Of a stretch of 64,000 nt of DNA, positions 18,915 through 28,916 are shown piece by piece. The DNA is taken from the NCBI GenBank assembly GCA_019429305.1, contig JAHYIR010000004.1:79781-143780 (forward strand), read 5' to 3'. The stretch is from Candidatus Cloacimonadota bacterium. GTDB taxonomy: Bacteria > Cloacimonadota > Cloacimonadia > Cloacimonadales > JAJBBL01. Each line of letters begins with the position of its first letter. The first letter of the stretch is position 1. The notes beneath the pieces are model-generated. The model was not told the DNA's origin, did no database searches, and saw only the letters and a program-made list of their open reading frames with translations. Both the position numbers and the translations under genes were made by a program.

Positions 18915-21107
18915 TTATGTTTTAGTCAAGCACTCTAAAAGTTTTATAGCATCAGCTTGGGTTTTAAGCATATATCTGGCATCGGTATAGATCTTGCCTA
19001 CTTTTATGGAGTAGGTATTATCAGGCAGCACTTTGAACAACTCTTCATCAGACCAATCATCACCGATAACCATAATAAAGTCATACTTCTTCTTTTCCAA
19101 CCAGAACATCATCAATTCACTCTTATCGATCCCCGAATGAAATACCTCTACGACCTTATTCCCATGAGAAACTTGGATATTGAGATTGAGAGTTATAGAC
19201 AATAGATTATCAACGAGCTCTTTCGATATATAAGATGCCTGTTCGATATCAGCTTTATGATAGTGCCAACTGACCGATAATTCCTTTTCTTCTATCATGG
19301 AACCAGGTAATCTGTCAGTATAGGTCTCCAAAACCGGAATGATCTCTTCTTTCCACTCGGTTGAAAAAGGTTTATGTAGCATCCATTCTGCTTCGTTTGC
19401 CTCTTTGATCCATGTTCCATGCTCTGCTGTAAGGTGTAACGGTATCTTCGCCAGATACTTATCCATGTATTCTTTGCTACGTCCGCTGTTGATTATTACA
19501 TCAGTTTTCCCTTTAGCTGCCAGAGCTCTCAGAAGTATTTTTATTTCCGGAGTTGGTATTGCGTCCCGATAGTCTTTTGTCATAGGGATCAATATTCCGT
19601 CATAATTGAGAGCAATGAATCTTTTTTGGGCTTGCTGGTAGTCTGCCAATATCTTATTCTTTATCTTAGGAATGAATCTCTTTTTGTTGAATGAGGTGAC
19701 GGATAATTGATGTATTTCCTGTAATCTGTCAATGAAGTCAGTAGCCCATCGGGTTACATTGTATCGTTTTAAACGTTCCTGCATGATGGAATTATAACGA
19801 ACTTGTTTCTTTATAGGGATCTCAAGTGCTTCTGCAATTGCGTCGGCAATTTCTTCTATATTGTTGGGATTGATGATAATACTTTCACTCAACTCTTTAG
19901 CTGCTCCCGTGAACTCACTCAGTACCAAAACCCCCTTCTTATCAGTCAATGAAGCCACATATTCTTTAGCGACCAGATTCATCCCATCCCTTAGTGGTGT
20001 TAGTAATGAAACATTGCTCATCCTGTATTGTGCAATGAGCTCTTTATGAGGTAGCGAAGTATATTGATAGATAATAGGCGTCCAGTCAATACTACCATAA
20101 TCACCGTTGATCTTTCCAACTAATTCGTCCAGGTTACTCTTGATCTTTTGGTATGATTGAACTCCGGTACGAGAAGGTACAACGATCATATTCATATAGA
20201 CCTTTTTATGCCATTGAGGATTTTTTTTCAGAAAGAGTTCAAAACCTTCCAAACGGTTAACGATCCCTTTGGAGTAATCTAAACGATCTACCGAAAGCAC
20301 GATCTTCATTTCATTCTTTCTTGGTTTCGAGGAACGAAATGGAGTGACATCCATATCGTGAAACTTCTCATAATCAATACCCATAGGAAAAGTACCGACT
20401 TTTACAATTCGATCATGGAATGAAATTTCTCCCATATAGCTTTCATAACCGAGGATACGGAGTACACACCGCAAGAAGTACTGCGTATAGTCGTGTGTAT
20501 GAAAACCGATAAGGTCAGAACCGAGAAGCCCTTTCAGGATCTCACTTCGTGGCTCTTTGGGAAGAGTACGATAAACTTCGAAGGCGGGGAAGGGGATATG
20601 CAGGAAAAAGCCGATGGGATTATCGATTTTCTTTCTTAAAAGAGCCGGCAGCAACATCAGATGATAATCATGAACCCAAATTATATCATCGGGCTGAATA
20701 GCTTTTAAAAGTTCTTCACAGAAGATCTCATTCATCTTTTTATAAGAATCCCAGAATTCCATATCGAACTTGGTATAGTTGAGAAAATAGTGGAACAGCG
20801 GCCAAATAGTTTTATTGCAGAAACCGAGATAGACCTTATCCATCAAAGATTGAGAGAAAAAGACCGGTGCTGCCTTAAAGATCTCTTTGACTTTTTTACT
20901 GATCAGCTCTTCATCTGATCTATCTATCGACATGCCGGGCCAACCCATCCAGAGAAAATCATCTATTGTTGACTTTGTTCTCTCTAACGAGTTGAGATAA
21001 TCAGTCAAACCAGAGACCAAACCACCGGCACTTTTTGTTAATTCATAACGGTTATTCTTTTTACTTACTGCTACAGGTAAACGGTTAGATACTATGAGTA
21101 ACCTCAT
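18915..21107 (-). CDS. otsA: trehalose-6-phosphate synthase (GT20) fused to a trehalose-phosphatase-like domain
   Basis: The N-terminus RLLIVSNRLPV...GGLVSGL and the GT20 core (VHDYHLMLLP, LSVDRLDYSKG) are present. The C-terminal HAD-IIB-like domain has IALNYDGILIP, INSGRS and GDDWSDEELF. Confidence 0.85.
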   Translation of the reverse strand: MRLLIVSNRLPVAVSKKNNRYELTKSAGGLVSGLTDYLNSLERTKSTIDDFLWMGWPGMSIDRSDEELISKKVKEIFKAAPVFFSQSLMDKVYLGFCNKTIWPLFHYFLNYTKFDMEFWDSYKKMNEIFCEELLKAIQPDDIIWVHDYHLMLLPALLRKKIDNPIGFFLHIPFPAFEVYRTLPKEPRSEILKGLLGSDLIGFHTHDYTQYFLRCVLRILGYESYMGEISFHDRIVKVGTFPMGIDYEKFHDMDVTPFRSSKPRKNEMKIVLSVDRLDYSKGIVNRLEGFELFLKKNPQWHKKVYMNMIVVPSRTGVQSYQKIKSNLDELVGKINGDYGSIDWTPIIYQYTSLPHKELIAQYRMSNVSLLTPLRDGMNLVAKEYVASLTDKKGVLVLSEFTGAAKELSESIIINPNNIEEIADAIAEALEIPIKKQVRYNSIMQERLKRYNVTRWATDFIDRLQEIHQLSVTSFNKKRFIPKIKNKILADYQQAQKRFIALNYDGILIPMTKDYRDAIPTPEIKILLRALAAKGKTDVIINSGRSKEYMDKYLAKIPLHLTAEHGTWIKEANEAEWMLHKPFSTEWKEEIIPVLETYTDRLPGSMIEEKELSVSWHYHKADIEQASYISKELVDNLLSITLNLNIQVSHGNKVVEVFHSGIDKSELMMFWLEKKKYDFIMVIGDDWSDEELFKVLPDNTYSIKVGKIYTDARYMLKTQADAIKLLECLTKT

Positions 21108-21119
21108 GAGAATTACCTC

Positions 21120-23513
21120 CTATAGTTTAAACTCCTTTGTATCGTCCTTCTTTAAGAGAAATACTTTATCTCTGAATCCGATCTTTACAGGGTTAGACCA
21201 GCCCTTATCAAATTCGAGTCTAAGTTTTTTATGATTGATAGTGAGATTGATCCAGTGTCCACGGTAATGGACATGAAATTTCATCGATTTGATATCATCC
21301 GGTAATGTCGGTTCTAACCAGAGAATGTTATCTCTGATATCGAGACCCGAATAACAACGTTGGATCAGATCCATCGTACCTGCCATAGCTCCCAGATGAA
21401 TACCCTCATGGGTTGTGCCACCCTGAACATCCTTAAAATCACTCATCAAGGCACTCTTGAAACTCTTCCAAGACTGTTCCCGATGAGAACGGGCATAGAC
21501 CCAAGAATGAATGACCTGACTCAGCGTAGAACCGTGTGCTGTTCGTTTCTCATAATATTCGATATTTTTTGGTATCGATTGTGGATCAAAATCATAGTTC
21601 AATTTCTTGAGTATCTTTTCTAATTCGGAAGAGGAGAAAATGTAAAAGAGCATCAGAACATCTGCCTGTTTAGAAGCTTTGTAATGGTTAGGTGAATCAC
21701 CTTCGCTTTCCAGAATACGGTCGAGCCGGAGATGTTCGCCATATTTCTTATGATAATGATCCCAATCGAGTTCTTTGAGTTTTTCGAAACCCTCGAATTG
21801 CATGATTATATCACCATCATAAAAGGGAACATACATCTTCTGCGTTATATCTTGCCATCTCTGTAGATCACTGTGAGTAAATCCTATCTTCTCCGCCAAG
21901 TCATTAGCACAGGTATCATCAAGGATATTGAGCAGCTCTAAAGCGTGTTGTAAAACCCAAACAGCCATGATATTGGTATAAGCATTGTTATTCAGACCCG
22001 GCTCTTTAGTACCCGGATAATGGGTATGATACTCATCCGGACCCATCACATTATGAATTTCATAACGGTCTCTTTGGGGATTATAATGAGCTAAACTTGA
22101 CCAAAAGAGGGCAGTAGCAATGATAATTTCAGCACCGTGAGCAACGAGGAAATCCATGTCGTCGCTACATTGGTAATAATGCCAAACATTCAAGGGAACT
22201 GCAGCATTGATATGATACTGCAGATGAGAAACATCGGGTAACCATCTACCTGATTTGGGATTGAGATGCATCTTTTGAGTCTCTTCACGACCGTTACTGC
22301 CGCTCTGCCAAGGGAAGAGAGCACCTCGACACCCGATCTCTTTTGCCATCTCATAAGCTTCCGTTAATCGGCGATAACGATACATGAGGAGTGATTTAGC
22401 TAATTCTGGTTGATGCAGATTGATAAAGGGTAAGATATAGATCTCATCCCAGAAGATATGACCACGATATGCTTCACCATGCCAGCCACGGGCGGGAATG
22501 CCAATATCATAACCTATACTGTTCTTGGAAACCGTCTGATAGAGGTGGAAGATATGAAGGCGTAGAACAAATTGATCTTCAAAATCAGCATTTATCTTGA
22601 TATCATTATACTTCCAGATCTGTGACCAGGAAATACAATGCTTAGCAGCGATACTTGAAAAGGTAGTCAGACGCTGAATTTTTGTTTTTGCTTCTGTTAA
22701 CGGGTCACTGATGGCGAAATCTCTCGAAGTATAAAGAGATACGAGTTTCTCTATCCTTATCGGTTGCTGTCTTGAGCATTTGATCTGAAAATCACCAGCA
22801 ATGAATCCTTTTTTGTTGATTACTTTATGCTTTGTGGACTGCTTTTTTTCCTTGATATAGATATTGGTTTTTGCTGCTTGTGTCATGAGTATTTTTGATT
22901 GTTTCGTTCTGCTGATAAGGTAGATACTGTTGTCGAAGAAGGCATCCTTTTCTAACACCTCGATATGACCCTGATTGAGTTCCCGATAACGTGCAACATT
23001 ATTATTAATGATATCACCATCGATACCTGAACGAATAGTTATCTTACCAGACCAGTTTTCCGGGATGATCTGCCATTCTATAGCAGCTACATGATAATCA
23101 TTCATACTGACTATTCGTTTACTGATTAGGGTTGTCTCTCTTTTTTTGCTGTCACGAAAACGTATTTTTCGTAATAGATATCCTGCCTCCAGATCGAGAG
23201 TTGTAGTATATTCAAGAATCTCAACGTCAACAAGATCAAGCCACTTACCATCGCCGATCTTGAAGGTTAAGAAGAGCCAATTTGGCCAGTTTACAAGATC
23301 TTCATTTTCGATCTCTTTCTTCTGGATGACAGATTTCAATCGATTATAACCTCCGGCAAGATAAGTACCCGGGTAGTTGAAATCGTTATCCCGATAAAAC
23401 TCCAGAGCAGCTCGTGTTGCGAAATACCCGTTACCTAATGTACATAATGCCTCTTGCAGAGGATGATCTTTCTTATTCCATTCTTCGTACTCTATTGTCC
23501 AACCTTTCTTCAT
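21120..23513 (-). CDS. glycoside hydrolase family 65 disaccharide phosphorylase (trehalose / trehalose-6-P / kojibiose / maltose phosphorylase type)
   Basis: The protein is about 800 aa with GH65-like motifs YRGHIFWDEIYILPF and FPWQSGSNGREETQ. It lies 3 nt downstream of a beta-PGM-like gene, the classical GH65 partner. Confidence 0.85.
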   Translation of the reverse strand: MKKGWTIEYEEWNKKDHPLQEALCTLGNGYFATRAALEFYRDNDFNYPGTYLAGGYNRLKSVIQKKEIENEDLVNWPNWLFLTFKIGDGKWLDLVDVEILEYTTTLDLEAGYLLRKIRFRDSKKRETTLISKRIVSMNDYHVAAIEWQIIPENWSGKITIRSGIDGDIINNNVARYRELNQGHIEVLEKDAFFDNSIYLISRTKQSKILMTQAAKTNIYIKEKKQSTKHKVINKKGFIAGDFQIKCSRQQPIRIEKLVSLYTSRDFAISDPLTEAKTKIQRLTTFSSIAAKHCISWSQIWKYNDIKINADFEDQFVLRLHIFHLYQTVSKNSIGYDIGIPARGWHGEAYRGHIFWDEIYILPFINLHQPELAKSLLMYRYRRLTEAYEMAKEIGCRGALFPWQSGSNGREETQKMHLNPKSGRWLPDVSHLQYHINAAVPLNVWHYYQCSDDMDFLVAHGAEIIIATALFWSSLAHYNPQRDRYEIHNVMGPDEYHTHYPGTKEPGLNNNAYTNIMAVWVLQHALELLNILDDTCANDLAEKIGFTHSDLQRWQDITQKMYVPFYDGDIIMQFEGFEKLKELDWDHYHKKYGEHLRLDRILESEGDSPNHYKASKQADVLMLFYIFSSSELEKILKKLNYDFDPQSIPKNIEYYEKRTAHGSTLSQVIHSWVYARSHREQSWKSFKSALMSDFKDVQGGTTHEGIHLGAMAGTMDLIQRCYSGLDIRDNILWLEPTLPDDIKSMKFHVHYRGHWINLTINHKKLRLEFDKGWSNPVKIGFRDKVFLLKKDDTKEFKL

Positions 23514-23516
23514 AAT

Positions 23517-25103
23517 TTATTCATTCCCTTTCTTGTTTTTATGTATCTCAACTATCTTTTCAAAAAACTCTTTGACCTGAAAGACATTTTTTAGCGAATA
23601 ATTGGCAGCAGTTTCTTGTCCATGGCTTCCGACCATAATACCTATTCCTTTGTCTTTGAGTGCTTTAAAAGCATCTTCATCCGTTATATCGTCACCGATA
23701 AAGATAGGTAAATACTTGCTAGAGTCATCTAATCCGAGTTCTTCTAAAATCCAGAAGACAGCTTTGCCCTTATGCCAGTCCAGATCTGGTTTTATCTCTA
23801 CCACCTTCTTGCCTTCTCCCTTTTTCAAGCCCTTGTTGTTCTTAATGATCTTATCTACTACTTCGTAAATATAAGGGATATCTGATTCTCGGGCATTACG
23901 ATAATGATTCGCAATGGCGTAGCGCTTTCTTTCTACCTGGACACCTTCTGTTTTATCTTTGAATCTATCAACTAGTTCTTGTTCTATCTTATCGAGTAAC
24001 TGAACTATCTCACCGGCTTTCTCATGTTCTTTCTTCATACCATCAGGACCAATTATATCGTAACCGTGACTACCAGCATAGATAAGATTATCGAGTTGCA
24101 CTAAATTCTGTATGTCTTTGGTATCTCTTCCTGTAATAATGGCTACAGTAAAGTTGTCTGCCAGTTCTTTCAAGGTCTGTTTCATTTCTGGAGATATCTT
24201 GGCATCTTCCGGTCTGCTAACAATGGGTGTTAGCGTACCGTCATAATCGAGAAAAAAAACAGGTTTGCTGGCAGAAATACTCTTAAATATATCGGTCTTT
24301 TGGGTGAATATCAACGGCTTGGGAATATCAAAGTACTCAGCTATCATGGGATTATCGAAAAGGTCTAAATCAGCGAAGTTATTGATAATTATGTCAGCTC
24401 CGTTAGCTAAGAGAGCATCACCATTGTTGAATCTATTTACTCCTACCACTAATCCGAAATGACCTCTTTGACCCGCTTCTACGCCCGAAATAGCATCTTC
24501 AAAGACAACCCCGTTTTCCGGAGAAATATTTAGATACTTAGCTGCTTCTATAAATATATCCGGATTTGGTTTACCCTTTAAATGACGCTGTTCGGCTACT
24601 ACTCCATCTATTCTAACATCGAATAGTTTGTCTATTCCAACCCGTTTGATGATCTTTTCACAATTTTTGCTGGATGATACTATTGCTGTTTTTAATCCTA
24701 AATCTCGCCATTGTTTTAGCTTTTTGACAGCATTACGATATGTTTCGACTCCGTTCTTCTCTATCATCTCATTAAATATTTGATTCTTTCTGTTACCTAG
24801 TCCGCAGATAGTTAATTTATCGGATGGATCCTTCTTATCCCCATACGGGAGTTCTATATTTCTCGATTTTAAGAAACTCCTAATACCTTCATAGCGTGGT
24901 TTCCCATCAATATAGATTTTATAATCCATGTCGGTCATTGAAGTGGTATCAAATTTCTTATCATCTACGGTAAGTAGATATTCATCAAACAACAATTTCC
25001 AGGCAGATTTATGAACTTCCTGCGTCTGGGTTAGCACTCCGTCTAAGTCAAAGATCAAACCTTTGATTCGTTTTGTTAACAATTCTCTGATATTCTCTTT
25101 CAT
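23517..25103 (-). CDS. fusion protein: beta-phosphoglucomutase-like HAD domain + trehalose-6-phosphate phosphatase domain
   Basis: The N-terminal half has LIFDLDGVLTQT, VSSSKN and FEDAISGVEAG (beta-PGM-type HAD-IA). The C-terminal half has FFLDYDGTLTPIVSRPEDA, ITGR and GDDITDEDAF (OtsB-type HAD-IIB). Confidence 0.8.
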   Translation of the reverse strand: MKENIRELLTKRIKGLIFDLDGVLTQTQEVHKSAWKLLFDEYLLTVDDKKFDTTSMTDMDYKIYIDGKPRYEGIRSFLKSRNIELPYGDKKDPSDKLTICGLGNRKNQIFNEMIEKNGVETYRNAVKKLKQWRDLGLKTAIVSSSKNCEKIIKRVGIDKLFDVRIDGVVAEQRHLKGKPNPDIFIEAAKYLNISPENGVVFEDAISGVEAGQRGHFGLVVGVNRFNNGDALLANGADIIINNFADLDLFDNPMIAEYFDIPKPLIFTQKTDIFKSISASKPVFFLDYDGTLTPIVSRPEDAKISPEMKQTLKELADNFTVAIITGRDTKDIQNLVQLDNLIYAGSHGYDIIGPDGMKKEHEKAGEIVQLLDKIEQELVDRFKDKTEGVQVERKRYAIANHYRNARESDIPYIYEVVDKIIKNNKGLKKGEGKKVVEIKPDLDWHKGKAVFWILEELGLDDSSKYLPIFIGDDITDEDAFKALKDKGIGIMVGSHGQETAANYSLKNVFQVKEFFEKIVEIHKNKKGNE

Positions 25104-25485
25104 GATACTTTTTTAGACACCTGCCCGTGCCCATTATAACCTCCGTTTTCTTTTTTTTAGGTTGTTTGTGGACTACTTAGAAGTTAGTGTTCTTGCCACA
25201 ACATAGAATCAAATTTTTAACTCGTTTAGAATTTTTTCTCTTTAACAACATAAGTGATATAACTTTACCGACAGGTTTCTGATGTGTCAAGAACTTATTT
25301 ATTTTTATATATAATGTCTGTTTGAATAAAATCTTGCTTAACAAAAAAAAATCATAGAGGATGAAAGCACTATTTTTTATCAACAAGTTATTGTAAGACA
25401 AACTGAATGAAGTCTTGCTGTTATGAAAGAAAAAAGTTAGAATTCTATACAGAATAAGTAATAAAGAATGAATTTAAAAAAGGGC

Positions 25486-26265
25486 TTATCTGCTTTGATT
25501 TCTTGCAGATCGATATTCTTGTTTATAGGTTCTACCGATTATTAGTACTTTGTGACCTATCCGGGCATCCTGAAATACTCTGTACATATCGTCCCTTTCC
25601 AGAGCTATGCAACCATGAGTCCAGTTTCTGCGAGTAGCCGGTCTGTTATCATGAGCACCACGGGTATGAATACCGATGGCATCACCTAAATTCGTACCTC
25701 TGATACCACCGTCAAATGTCTCCAATCCCTGTAATATTCTTCTCTCTTCAGCCGGAGTTATCAAGCCATCACTTAAACCCCTTTCCACATCGAGATGATT
25801 GGGATAACTAATCTCCAAGAAGTATTTGTAGTTAGCTGAAGCGTGTTTATCATAGATAAAGTATTCACCTTCCGGTGTTCTCCCGTCACCTCTTCTCTCT
25901 TTTCTATTTACCGGGTCGAAGCCGAGAGCGACATGTACCGGAAACCCTTCTTTCATTTCTCCGTTTTCGTAAAGGTATAAATTTCTGATGGTCTTATCGA
26001 TCACTATGAGCCTTTCTTCAGGATTTGTAGCAACAAAGTTGTTGATTATCTCTTGGGAGAGACTACTCGCATAGAGCTTGGTTGAACGAGGGTATCTGAC
26101 TAAAAAGTAGTTATATACTCTGCGGGCAAAAGCTCTGGGGAGAGACAGAAGACGATTATTATTATTGAAAGTGATAATAGCTGTCAGTAAAGTAATTGTT
26201 AGAAATAACAAGAGAAAGAGAGTGAAGATAATGACCTTTCTTTTCTGTGATCTTCTTGCTTTCAT
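25486..26265 (-). CDS. L,D-transpeptidase (YkuD domain), membrane anchored
   Basis: An N-terminal TM segment is followed by the YkuD catalytic region IGIHTRG...THGCIALERDDM. Confidence 0.8.
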   Translation of the reverse strand: MKARRSQKRKVIIFTLFLLLFLTITLLTAIITFNNNNRLLSLPRAFARRVYNYFLVRYPRSTKLYASSLSQEIINNFVATNPEERLIVIDKTIRNLYLYENGEMKEGFPVHVALGFDPVNRKERRGDGRTPEGEYFIYDKHASANYKYFLEISYPNHLDVERGLSDGLITPAEERRILQGLETFDGGIRGTNLGDAIGIHTRGAHDNRPATRRNWTHGCIALERDDMYRVFQDARIGHKVLIIGRTYKQEYRSARNQSR

Positions 26266-26268
26266 AGC

Positions 26269-26424
26269 TTAGTTTTTTGCCTTGAAGATTGCCCTGATAA
26301 TCGATACTAATCCCTGGATCAAGAACAATCCTGCTATCCAGTAGTAAAGAAACTCTTGGTAAGTTAGAACTAAAACACCAACTAATACATAAGCTAATCC
26401 TGTGAAAAGAAAGCTGAGTCTCAC
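26269..26424 (-). CDS. possible small two-TM membrane protein (51 aa, GTG start), not in ORF track
   Basis: My translation is VRLSFLFTGLAYVLVGVLVLTYQEFLYYWIAGLFLIQGLVSIIRAIFKAKN. It resembles the C-terminus of the upstream protein (GLIFTGLLYIFVAIVIFFYPQTLRYWISIIFFIQGIEYV). The GTG lies 1 nt after that gene's TAA. Confidence 0.35.
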   Translation of the reverse strand: MRLSFLFTGLAYVLVGVLVLTYQEFLYYWIAGLFLIQGLVSIIRAIFKAKN

Positions 26425-26425
26425 A

Positions 26426-27166
26426 TTAACCTTCATCTTCTTGATCCCCCTTATAGGTTATAAAAATGGTGACGTATTCAATACCCTGTATGAAGAAGAT
26501 TATCGATATCCAGTATCTTAAAGTTTGCGGGTAGAAGAAAATAACGATAGCAACAAAGATGTATAACAGACCGGTAAAGATCAAACCGGTTTTTTCTGGT
26601 TTACCTGTTTTTTGGCTTATATAATCAGCTAAATTAAGAAATGTATTGTGCTTCAGTACTGAACTCCAGAAAAACGATTGGGTCTTTGACCGGACAACAT
26701 TATCCCTCACACTCAACCAAAAATCGTGGAAGAAGACGATATTGAGAAAGATCCCGGCTAATAGAAGGGTCAGCAGATATGATAGTTGACTAAAATAATC
26801 TCCCCAAGTTAAAAGCAGTCCGATCTCATCAAAGAAGAGTCCTAACCCGACACCGTACATCATCGCCAGATGCTTTTTTGATAAACTATTTGTCCCAACC
26901 AGAGATAACCAACCAGCCAGAGCTATCAAGGCAAAACCGATGTAAAAATGGTGGATATGATACCCGAATAAGATAATATTCCTGCCGATATAGAAATCTA
27001 CTCCCGGCATTTCACCCATCTTGGCTGCCTGAGCAAATTCAGTATTAGCTGCACCGGCTAAAAATACACTCAAACGGATAAAGATAAATCCGGCTAAGTA
27101 GGAAAGTGTTATAATAAAGGGGATCTCTTTTGATTTCTTAACCATACTCTTCTTCTCAGATATCAT
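26426..27166 (-). CDS. hypothetical polytopic membrane protein
   Basis: It contains at least 6 hydrophobic helices and no motif I recognise. Its ATG overlaps the MATE gene stop, consistent with an operon. Confidence 0.6.
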   Translation of the reverse strand: MISEKKSMVKKSKEIPFIITLSYLAGFIFIRLSVFLAGAANTEFAQAAKMGEMPGVDFYIGRNIILFGYHIHHFYIGFALIALAGWLSLVGTNSLSKKHLAMMYGVGLGLFFDEIGLLLTWGDYFSQLSYLLTLLLAGIFLNIVFFHDFWLSVRDNVVRSKTQSFFWSSVLKHNTFLNLADYISQKTGKPEKTGLIFTGLLYIFVAIVIFFYPQTLRYWISIIFFIQGIEYVTIFITYKGDQEDEG

Positions 27167-28629
27167 TTATCGATTTTTGCCTTTTCCCATTTACCTTGTT
27201 TATATATGATCAGAGCAAGTGTAGCTGCTAATATATTACTAAACAACATTGACCACCAAAGTGCATCATAGGGATTATCTGCCAGTGGGCTTGATAGCTT
27301 ATTGAGAAAATCTTTAAAGAATCCTCTCTGAAGAAAAGGTAATTCCATTAATTTACCTGAGAGCAGATAGACCATTGGTACTCTTAACGCCCAGAAGCGA
27401 ACTAAATTAAACATCATTGCTGACATGGTCTGTCCTGAGCCGTTAAATACCCCCATCAGTACAAAAAGCACTCCGAAGAAATTGGAAGCTACAGCAATGA
27501 TCCTAAACATACGACGACCTACCTCGATAACCTCCGGGTCATTAATAAAGAATCTCGTTAATTCAGCTCCGAAGAGAAACATCAAAATACCACCACTGAT
27601 CATGATCATCATAACAAGAGAGAAAGTATGCTTGATACTTCGATAAACCCGTTTGATATTATTGGCACCCAGGTTCTGTCCTACTATAGCAGCCAAACCA
27701 TGACTTAACCCCATTGCAGGCATCATGAACATGCTGACCATTCTGTTGCCTATAGCATTGACACTAATAACTACAGTTCCGTAAGAATTAACGAAACCTT
27801 GTAAGATAAGAAAACCAAAGCTGATCAATGATTGGGATATCGAAGCGGGAAGGCCTATCTTGAGAATTGCTCTGATATAATCAAAATTGGGGATAAGCTC
27901 TCTTCTATGAGGGATGAATTGTGGTGTTTTCTTGGTGAAATAGATGATACATAGGAGGGCTGTTAAGAGGCGACAGAAGAATGTAGCGTATGCCGCTCCC
28001 ATAGCTCCATAACTTGGGAAGATCCACCAACCGAAAATAAGAAAGGGATCTATGATAACATTGAGTGTCAGTGTGATGATCTGTATCTTCATCGGTGTTA
28101 CCGTATCTCCCAATCCATGATTAAAGCTCTGATAGGCGAGGAAAAAGAACATGAAGAAGATACCAATGATCGTTACTTGCATATAGTTACGGGCTAACTC
28201 GAAAACTTCTGGTGGTGTTTGCAATAGTTCTAAAAGAAAATTTAGCGAAGAAAGACTTATCAAGATAAAGAGGAGAGAAATAACGGAAAAAACAAGCATG
28301 AATTGTCCGGTTACTTCTCTGATCTTAGTATGTTCCCCTGCTCCTCGAAATCGGGAGATCATAGCTACACCGGCAATAGATAAACCCATGCCGAATGAGG
28401 CGAAGAAGAAAACTATCGGGAAGGCAATACCGGCGATAGAAACAGCATTTCTTGCTCCTTCTCCCAGCTTACCTAACCAGAAAGTATCAGCCAGATTATA
28501 AAAGGTCTGCATGAAATTGGAGATCATGATCGGAACAGATAGTTTTAAAAGGTTTTTGATATGACTACCTTGTGTCAGATCAAGTCCGGCAGTTATTTCC
28601 TCCATGTCGCTTCCCAAATTATTTTGCAC
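27163..28629 (-). CDS. MATE family efflux transporter
   Basis: A 12-TM profile with an N-terminal region typical of NorM/DinF-type MATE proteins (LSVPIMISNFMQTFYNLADTFWLGKLG). Confidence 0.9.
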   Translation of the reverse strand: MQNNLGSDMEEITAGLDLTQGSHIKNLLKLSVPIMISNFMQTFYNLADTFWLGKLGEGARNAVSIAGIAFPIVFFFASFGMGLSIAGVAMISRFRGAGEHTKIREVTGQFMLVFSVISLLFILISLSSLNFLLELLQTPPEVFELARNYMQVTIIGIFFMFFFLAYQSFNHGLGDTVTPMKIQIITLTLNVIIDPFLIFGWWIFPSYGAMGAAYATFFCRLLTALLCIIYFTKKTPQFIPHRRELIPNFDYIRAILKIGLPASISQSLISFGFLILQGFVNSYGTVVISVNAIGNRMVSMFMMPAMGLSHGLAAIVGQNLGANNIKRVYRSIKHTFSLVMMIMISGGILMFLFGAELTRFFINDPEVIEVGRRMFRIIAVASNFFGVLFVLMGVFNGSGQTMSAMMFNLVRFWALRVPMVYLLSGKLMELPFLQRGFFKDFLNKLSSPLADNPYDALWWSMLFSNILAATLALIIYKQGKWEKAKIDK

Positions 28630-28750
28630 TACAAATATTTTCTTTCACTGATTATGTCAAAGAGTAATCTAAAAATTGATCAATCTGTTGCTGATTCTTT
28701 AACATATACTTCAGTCTGTGCCTTATGTCATCCTGAGTAACAATATACTG

Positions 28751-28846
28751 TGTCATCTCGACTGAAGAAAGGATCACGGAAGTGGATCTTTACTAACACC
28801 ACATTTGTCATCTCGACTGGAACGAAGTGAAATGGAGAGATCTCAT
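28751..28846 (+). repeat. 96-bp direct repeat, copy 1 (A-variant + A short form)
   Basis: It is identical to 29106-29201 except for 2 mismatches (cacgGaag/cacgAaag and aacaCcac/aacaGcac). Confidence 0.9.
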
Positions 28847-28916
28847 CGGAGACTAACTTATGATTATTATGTTCTTTCTTTTGTGTCGACAAAAGAAACG
28901 AACCAAAGAAAAACTC

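Noticed and set aside
25262-25290. A sigma70-like promoter for the trehalose operon (minus strand: TTGACA, 17 nt, TAAAGT). Similar TTGACA boxes lie upstream of 34400, 35447 and 62322.
   Set aside because: The -35 boxes are perfect, but the -10 elements are weak or badly spaced, and the promoter consensus of this lineage is unknown. This is not enough support to list them as features.
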